DNA of 64,000 nucleotides from Sphingobacteriales bacterium (GTDB lineage Bacteria; Bacteroidota; Bacteroidia; Chitinophagales; Chitinophagaceae): NCBI GenBank assembly GCA_016235125.1, contig JACRLZ010000005.1, positions 13,707 to 77,706 of the forward strand, read 5' to 3'. Shown piece by piece: positions 58,306 to 64,000 of this stretch (position 1 is its first letter; each line of letters starts with the position of its first letter). The notes under the pieces were generated by a model. It saw only the letters and a program-made list of their open reading frames with translations, ran no database searches and was not told where the DNA came from. The position numbers and the translations under genes were made by a program.

Positions 58306-59427
58306 TCAGGTTTTGGCCTGCAGAATTCTTTTTACTTTATTTGATTTGTGCAGCAGGTCTTGTTTTTCTTTACTTATGATGGTGACATGCCCCATCTTGC
58401 GACCCGGTCTTGTTTCTTTTTTACCGTATAAATGCACAAAAGCATTTTCTATTTTCAATACTTCATCAAGCCCTTCATATTTTACAGGGCCGCTGTAACC
58501 TTCGGTGCCGATGATATTTACCATGATAGAGGGAAGAATAGCATCAGTATTTCCTAACGGATAATCAAGCATAATTCTCCAGAGCATATCAAACTGAGAA
58601 GAATAATGTGCTTCAATGCTGTGATGACCGCTGTTATGCACCCTTGGGGCCGTTTCATTCACAAACACATCACCGCTTTTATCAACAAACATTTCAACAG
58701 CAAATATGCCCGGCGACTGAAAATTTTTTACCACTGCCATGGCGATTGCTTCAACTTTGTATAAAGTTTGGGTACTAAGTTCTGCAGGGCAGAGTTGGTA
58801 GTCAAGCAAATTAAGCACCGGGTCAAATAACATTTCAACCGGGGGATACAATGCAGTGTCACCTTTTTCATTTACTGCCACCATCTGTGCAATCTCTTTT
58901 TGAATGGTGATCATTTTTTCAAGTACTGCCGGTACATCAAAACCCCTGGCAAGGTCTTCTTTTGATTTAATGAGTTGCACCCCACGGCCATCATAACCTC
59001 CTTCACCCAGCTTGTGTACAGCGGGCAGAAATTTTTCCTGCTGGTTTAGATCTTCCAGCTTATTTGTAATAATAAAATCTGCGGTGGGTATTCTGTGCTG
59101 GCAGTAATATTCCTTTTGCCTGATCTTATTTTTGATAATTTTTAAAACGGATGGCCTGGGATAAATCTTCACCCCTTCAGCTTCCAGTTTTTCCAACGCT
59201 TCCACATTTACATTTTCAATTTCAATAGTAATGGCGTCAAGGCCTTTCCCGAAATTGTAAACCGAATCAAAATTTTTTATATCCCCTTTTGTGAAGTGGT
59301 GGCAGAGATGGGCAGCGGGACATTCATCATCATTCTCCAGCACAAAAGTTTCGACAGGGTAATTAGCGGCAGCCTGTAATAACATTCGTCCGAGTTGTCC
59401 GCCACCGAGGATGCCTGTTTTTAACAT
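58306..59427 (-). CDS. purK: N5-carboxyaminoimidazole ribonucleotide synthase
   Basis: GGGQLGRM, GYDGRG, NETAPRVHNSGH, HLYGKKETRPGRKMGHVT; -7 element TACTTTTG at 59432-59439. Confidence 0.97.
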   Translation of the reverse strand: MLKTGILGGGQLGRMLLQAAANYPVETFVLENDDECPAAHLCHHFTKGDIKNFDSVYNFGKGLDAITIEIENVNVEALEKLEAEGVKIYPRPSVLKIIKNKIRQKEYYCQHRIPTADFIITNKLEDLNQQEKFLPAVHKLGEGGYDGRGVQLIKSKEDLARGFDVPAVLEKMITIQKEIAQMVAVNEKGDTALYPPVEMLFDPVLNLLDYQLCPAELSTQTLYKVEAIAMAVVKNFQSPGIFAVEMFVDKSGDVFVNETAPRVHNSGHHSIEAHYSSQFDMLWRIMLDYPLGNTDAILPSIMVNIIGTEGYSGPVKYEGLDEVLKIENAFVHLYGKKETRPGRKMGHVTIISKEKQDLLHKSNKVKRILQAKT

Positions 59428-59495
59428 TTGTCAAAAGTAATTAACGGCGAGCAGAGAAATGATTTCTATATAAATCATTTTTTTACCTTTACATT

Positions 59496-59585
59496 ATGAT
59501 CCCTGACTATCCTCATAAACTCTTCAACGACGAACGCAGCAACTTCAGTTTGCTGATGGAAGCTTTAGCCATGGACCATTGTTGA
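59496..59585 (+). CDS. Candidate 29-aa leader peptide upstream of hppD
   Basis: ATG just after a TACCTTTA -7-like element, with A at -3; MIPDYPHKLFNDERSNFSLLMEALAMDHC; followed by a CCGC/GCGG hairpin. Confidence 0.45.
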   Translation: MIPDYPHKLFNDERSNFSLLMEALAMDHC

Positions 59586-59650
59586 TTTTGAAAAAACCGC
59601 TGCAAGGCGGATTTGAAATTTCCATTTATCAATTTCTAAATTTCAAAATC

Positions 59651-60781
59651 ATGAACACAGCAACAACAAAAAAAAATACTCAGGCAGCACAAACCGATTT
59701 TCTTCCCCTGCAGGGAACCGATTATGTAGAATTCTATGTGGGTAATGCCAAACAGGCAGCTCATTTTTATAAAACAGCTTTTGGTTTTCAGAGCCTGGCA
59801 TATGCCGGCCCGGAAACCGGTATGAGGGATAAAGTGAGTTATGTAGTACGGCAGAACAAGCTCACTTTTGTTTTGACAACGCCGTTAAGAACAGGGAATC
59901 CTATAGCTGATCATGTTTATAAACATGGCGACGGAGTGAAAGTGCTGGCACTTAGGGTGGATGATGCCCAAAGCGCTTTTGATGAAACAACCAAACGTGG
60001 AGCAAAAGCCTGTATGGAACCCTGTGTTCTGAAAGATAATGATGGAGAAGTTGTTTTAAGCGGCATTCATACTTATGGCGACACTGTGCATGTATTTGTT
60101 GAAAGGAAAAATTATCATGGTGTATTTATGCCCGGCTTCAAAGAGTGGAAAAGTGATTATAATCCTACTCAGACAGGTTTGCTGTATGTTGATCATTGTG
60201 TAGGTAATGTGGGCTGGAACCAAATGAACCCATGGGTGAATTTTTACGAAAATGTGATGGGCTTCCGCAATATTCTGTCATTTGACGATAAGGATATTTC
60301 TACCGAATATTCTGCCTTGATGAGTAAGGTGATGAGTAATGGAAACGGTTTTGTAAAATTTCCTATCAATGAACCGGCTGAAGGTAAAAAGAAAAGCCAG
60401 GTGGAAGAATATCTGGAGTTTTACAATGGCGAAGGATGCCAGCATGTAGCAATGGCTACCAACGATATTGTTCACACAGTGACGGAACTGAAAAACAGGG
60501 GGGTGGAATTTTTAAGAGTTCCTGCGAACTATTACGATGATCTGCTTGAAAGGGTAGGACAGATAGAAGAAGACATAGAACCACTAAGAGAACTGGGAAT
60601 ACTTGTTGACAGGGATGATGAAGGCTACCTGCTTCAACTGTTTACCAAACCAGTGGAAGACAGACCAACGCTTTTTTATGAGATCATCCAGCGGAAAGGA
60701 GCCAGGAGTTTTGGAAAAGGGAACTTCAAAGCTTTGTTTGAGGCCCTGGAGAGAGAACAGGATGCGAGGGGGAATTTGTAA
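59651..60781 (+). CDS. hppD: 4-hydroxyphenylpyruvate dioxygenase
   Basis: HGDGVKVLA, DHCVGNV, QHVA, LLQLFTKP, YEIIQRKGARSFGKGNFKALF. Start ATG 59651. Confidence 0.97.
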   Translation: MNTATTKKNTQAAQTDFLPLQGTDYVEFYVGNAKQAAHFYKTAFGFQSLAYAGPETGMRDKVSYVVRQNKLTFVLTTPLRTGNPIADHVYKHGDGVKVLALRVDDAQSAFDETTKRGAKACMEPCVLKDNDGEVVLSGIHTYGDTVHVFVERKNYHGVFMPGFKEWKSDYNPTQTGLLYVDHCVGNVGWNQMNPWVNFYENVMGFRNILSFDDKDISTEYSALMSKVMSNGNGFVKFPINEPAEGKKKSQVEEYLEFYNGEGCQHVAMATNDIVHTVTELKNRGVEFLRVPANYYDDLLERVGQIEEDIEPLRELGILVDRDDEGYLLQLFTKPVEDRPTLFYEIIQRKGARSFGKGNFKALFEALEREQDARGNL

Positions 60782-60786
60782 GGCAG

Positions 60787-60875
60787 GTCACAAAAGTCAT
60801 ATAAGTCAAATTTGTCTAATAACTGTATGAAAGAGAAAGTATAATGACCCGTATGACTCATTTGACAAATTTGAC
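60787..60875. repeat. 9-nt-period inverted-arm hairpin element
   Basis: GTCA/GTC at 60787/60796/60805/60814; TGAC at 60845/60854/60863/60872. Confidence 0.78.
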
Positions 60876-60967
60876 TGTTTTTTTTTAAAACATACCTTTA
60901 CAAATATTTTAGCCAGAACTACTTCATAAAATTTAATTTGTGTCGTTGTAGGCATAAAGTGGAAACG

Positions 60968-62158
60968 ATGAAAAAAGGGATAATCATTTTTGCATTGATA
61001 TATTCGGTCTCTCTGGTACAGGCTCAGACGGTATCAAAAGGCGGGCCTTCCGGTTTTTCTTTTGTTGATTATCAAAAAACATTTCCCCGACCCAATGAAG
61101 CTTTTCAAAAAAAAGTTGATACGCTGCAAAAACAATTTGAAATCAAAAAATTAGTTTGGCCTGCAAAATATATTTATATCCGGTCTTTTAAATATGACAG
61201 TCAACTGGAAGTATGGGTGAAAAATGAAATAGCAGAACCTTTTAAACTCTTTAAGACCTATAAAGTTTGCGCCCTGGCCGGTACCATGGGGCCCAAAAGA
61301 ATGGAAGGAGACTACCAGGTGCCCGAAGGATTTTACTATATCAATGAGTTTAATCCCAAAAGCAATTATTACCTGTCATTGGGTATCAACTATCCTAATG
61401 CGTCAGATAAAATATTAAGCGATTCATTAAGACCGGGTAGTGAGATATTTATTCATGGCAGTTGTGTTACCGTTGGTTGTATCCCCATTACCGATGAACA
61501 AATTGATGAACTGTATATTCTGGCTGCTTATGCAAAAGACCAGGGCCAGGATTTTATCCCCGTTCATATTTTACCCGTTCGTTTTAATGTGGAGCGAAGT
61601 GTAAAATATCTTGAAACGCTTACTAAAGATGACCCCGTTCTTAAAAAGTTTTCTGAAAAAATGGAAGATGCATTTGATTATTTCGAAAAATACAAACAGC
61701 TTCCTGTGGTGATGATCGGGACAAAAGGAGAATATTTAATAAATGATGTGCCTCTAAAAAAACAAAAGCCATCAGCAGAGGAGAAACCTGTTAAAAGAGC
61801 ACTTGTTCAGCATCGTACAAGAAATGTGGGGACTGTAGCGGATGCAGTTCACCAATGGCCTGAATATCCCGGTGGAGCAGACGCACTAATGAAGTTTTTG
61901 GAAAAAACCGGCAGGGATGTGGCCGTATTTCTTCCTGCAGGAGTTAAAAGAGCCTATGTGCAACTTGAATTTATAATTGACAAAGATGGGATTCCTGTAA
62001 ACTTTAAAGTTTTAAGAAGTATAAAGGATGGAGAAGAGCTTAATGATGAAATCATTACCCGGATGGAAAATATGGGCAGATGGAAACCGGCCTTGCTGCA
62101 TGATAAACCTGTTGTCAAGAAAATGGTGCAGACGGTAACAATTGATGCTGCTCTGTAA
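60968..62158 (+). CDS. L,D-transpeptidase (YkuD/YafK-like) fused to a TonB C-terminal-like domain
   Basis: Signal peptide; GPKRMEGDYQVPEGFY, LGINYPN, IFIHGSCVTVGC (His...Cys); C-terminal PEYPGG...VQLEFIIDKDG...WKPA TonB_C pattern. Confidence 0.85.
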   Translation: MKKGIIIFALIYSVSLVQAQTVSKGGPSGFSFVDYQKTFPRPNEAFQKKVDTLQKQFEIKKLVWPAKYIYIRSFKYDSQLEVWVKNEIAEPFKLFKTYKVCALAGTMGPKRMEGDYQVPEGFYYINEFNPKSNYYLSLGINYPNASDKILSDSLRPGSEIFIHGSCVTVGCIPITDEQIDELYILAAYAKDQGQDFIPVHILPVRFNVERSVKYLETLTKDDPVLKKFSEKMEDAFDYFEKYKQLPVVMIGTKGEYLINDVPLKKQKPSAEEKPVKRALVQHRTRNVGTVADAVHQWPEYPGGADALMKFLEKTGRDVAVFLPAGVKRAYVQLEFIIDKDGIPVNFKVLRSIKDGEELNDEIITRMENMGRWKPALLHDKPVVKKMVQTVTIDAAL

Positions 62159-62330
62159 TTTTTTGTTCAGTATTTACCCGGAATTAAGCATGCCTTTACA
62201 AAGTATATTTCCCTCGTGCTTTCGCTTTCCTTGCTGTTTTTAAGGTATTACCTTTATAACCCGATGCCGGTTTCACTTAGATTAAATAAGGCAGCCGGGT
62301 TGTTTAATCTATTACTCTAAAAAAAACTCT

Positions 62331-62951
62331 ATGAAAACAATTCGCCTCAATTTTTGTGCTACTATCATTTTAGTGTTTTTAAATGCAGCATGTCAAAAGT
62401 CTGCTTTCAATGAAATATCCCCTAAGGACAGTTTGGCCCAAACATTAATTTTACCAGCCGGAAACGGTTTATCATCATCACGGCCACAAGCGGAAACCGA
62501 AGGTCAATGTAATTCCTATGCTTTTATAATACTGCTTGAAAGCCGCACTCTGGTAAATGGTAATTGGGAATGGATATGGAGTGTACAAAATTCCAATCCG
62601 GGAAACGGCAATAATGGAACTATCCAGGATCTTAGTCATTGGGGAATGCAGTTTGGAACATGTGTGGTATGGCCGGCTGTTATCGGTGCAGCCTATAGCG
62701 CTGATGGTAATAACTGGACAGGATTTTCACCTTCATTTCAGCCTGATCCAAGTCAGGGCTGCATGACAGATTCGGTTTTAAAATTTGATTTTGGCACCAC
62801 GGGTAATGCAAAATCATATTATAAACTGGTATTTAGCCAGGTCTATCAGCCAACGTCTGTTCCCGGATACTACAAGGCAGGTAATAAAACAGGCTGCTGT
62901 ACATTCAGCTTTACCGGGGTTGGTTGCGGGGAAGAGGGACCTATAAAATAA
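62331..62951 (+). CDS. Hypothetical lipoprotein
   Basis: Lipobox NAAC; Trp/Gly/Cys-rich beta domain. Confidence 0.8.
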   Translation: MKTIRLNFCATIILVFLNAACQKSAFNEISPKDSLAQTLILPAGNGLSSSRPQAETEGQCNSYAFIILLESRTLVNGNWEWIWSVQNSNPGNGNNGTIQDLSHWGMQFGTCVVWPAVIGAAYSADGNNWTGFSPSFQPDPSQGCMTDSVLKFDFGTTGNAKSYYKLVFSQVYQPTSVPGYYKAGNKTGCCTFSFTGVGCGEEGPIK

Positions 62952-62964
62952 CAGGCATAAATCA

Positions 62965-63999
62965 CTAATCTTGAGCAGCAAGTAAAAGCTGAATTGTATC
63001 GGGAGTTTGCTGCCGCAATAAAACCTTTTTCCCTTTTGTAAGGTTTTCAAAAACCTCTTTTGTATAGTGCCTTATAGTAAGTAGTGATAATTCCCTTGTC
63101 ACCTGTACATCCAGAAATTCTGATGCAGCCATTGCCAGTTTTTCAATTTTATCGGGGCGATCATCAAGCACACAAAGAAAACTGATGGCTGTATTTTGAG
63201 TAAGATTGGGTTTAATATGCATTTTTTCAAACAAACTATATAAATGACCCACATGATGCTCTCCGATAAAGGAAAAATCTCTTGAACTCATCTGCAGCAT
63301 AGTTTGCTTTTCTTTCAGCACAATTACAGGGGGCAAATGACGAACCGGTTTGTTGTGAATTTCAGTGCCTTGCAGTGAGGGCTTTAAAAAACATTTTACA
63401 TAGAGCGGAATGCTTTTATTCTGCAGCGGTTTGATGGTTTTAGGATGTATAACCTGTGCGCCGTAATAGGCCATTTCAATTACTTCATCATAATTCAACT
63501 CATGAATAGGAATGGCCTCGGGAAATTGCCGTGGATCCGCATTCATCACAGCTTCCACATCTTTCCAGATGGTAAGGCTTTCGGCATCCAGCATATTGGC
63601 AAAAACTGACGCTGAATAATCGCTGCCTTCTCTTCCCAGAGTGGTGCTTTCGTTTTCGTCGGTTGCCCCGATAAAGCCCTGCGTTAAAACAATATCCTTC
63701 TCGTCAAACAAAGGAACTATTGAACTGCGGACTTTTGAACCTGTATAATCCCAATCAATATTGGCATCCCTGAAATCATCATCCGTCCTGAAAATATCTC
63801 GGACATCCAGCCATTTGTTATCAATACCTCTTTCGTTCAGATAATGGCTGACGATGGAAGTAGAGAATAATTCCCCGGTGCAGACAACCTGGTCGTAGTA
63901 ATAATCAAAGTCCCTCACAGGTTTATCATGGATCAACCACTCTGCTTCAGTAAAAAAATCTTTTAATTGGGTTTCGCAACTAAGGTAATGGGTAACGAG
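62965..63999 (-). CDS. lysC: Aspartate kinase (5' partial)
   Basis: Frame is open to the window end. TQGFIG, TTLGREGSDYSA, WKDVEAVMNADP, EMAYYGAQVIHPKT; C-terminal ACT domain. Confidence 0.95.
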   Translation of the reverse strand, partial: LVTHYLSCETQLKDFFTEAEWLIHDKPVRDFDYYYDQVVCTGELFSTSIVSHYLNERGIDNKWLDVRDIFRTDDDFRDANIDWDYTGSKVRSSIVPLFDEKDIVLTQGFIGATDENESTTLGREGSDYSASVFANMLDAESLTIWKDVEAVMNADPRQFPEAIPIHELNYDEVIEMAYYGAQVIHPKTIKPLQNKSIPLYVKCFLKPSLQGTEIHNKPVRHLPPVIVLKEKQTMLQMSSRDFSFIGEHHVGHLYSLFEKMHIKPNLTQNTAISFLCVLDDRPDKIEKLAMAASEFLDVQVTRELSLLTIRHYTKEVFENLTKGKKVLLRQQTPDTIQLLLAAQD

Positions 64000-64000
64000 C

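Noticed and set aside
34185-60875. CRISPR or TIGR-like guide arrays suggested by the periodic repeats
   Set aside because: Only 3-4 short units per arm, arranged as inverted hairpins; no repeat-spacer array and no cas or Nop-domain gene nearby.
1345-63050. Numerous 60-240 aa ORFs antisense or out of frame within the long genes
   Set aside because: They are shadows of well-supported genes (e.g. 38819-39532 opposite dnaK), with no recognisable motifs.
63715-63742. Possible repeat footprint in lysC (GGTTCAAAAGTCCGCAGTTCAATAGTTC, GSKVRSSIV)
   Set aside because: Period is irregular and the match weak; it cannot be separated from chance without an alignment.
1-64000. rRNA, tRNA, prophage, integrase or intact IS
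   Set aside because: No cloverleaf, rRNA-like tract, phage gene, tyrosine/serine recombinase or DDE transposase was recognised by eye.

Overview
A Bacteroidota chromosome segment, most likely Chitinophagaceae-like (TAnnTTTG -7 promoters, SusC/SusD, bshC). From left to right: (1) a FecR/SusC/SusD polysaccharide utilisation locus (PUL) with a GDPD-GH16 fusion lipoprotein, GH3, an M19 dipeptidase, a SASA-type O-acetylesterase, a GH127-like enzyme, ribokinase and a GRP-type sugar transporter; (2) a glycogen/maltodextrin cluster (glgA, glgC, MFS, GH13, glgB); (3) argS and small stress/resistance genes; (4) an SH3-MBL hydrolase and a secreted helical protein that resembles T3SS filament proteins (Bsp22/EspA), then dnaK; (5) an insertion hotspot at about 39.8-43.1 kb holding a REP-flanked RAYT pseudogene, a single gene bounded by attC-like inverted cores, and a PemK/MazF toxin cut off after 13 codons; (6) a hydroxyproline epimerase/dehydrogenase pair, bshC, a secreted caspase-TPR-beta-barrel protein, purE-[RND pump]-purK, hppD with a candidate leader peptide, an L,D-transpeptidase-TonB_C fusion and a partial lysC. 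The most striking non-gene signal is the density of short palindromes and 7/8/9-nt periodic hairpins. These occur between genes and also appear in frame inside at least five genes (glgB, argS, ydeI, the epimerase, bshC). No rRNA, tRNA, CRISPR array or integrase was seen. All family assignments come from motif recognition by eye; no database was searched.
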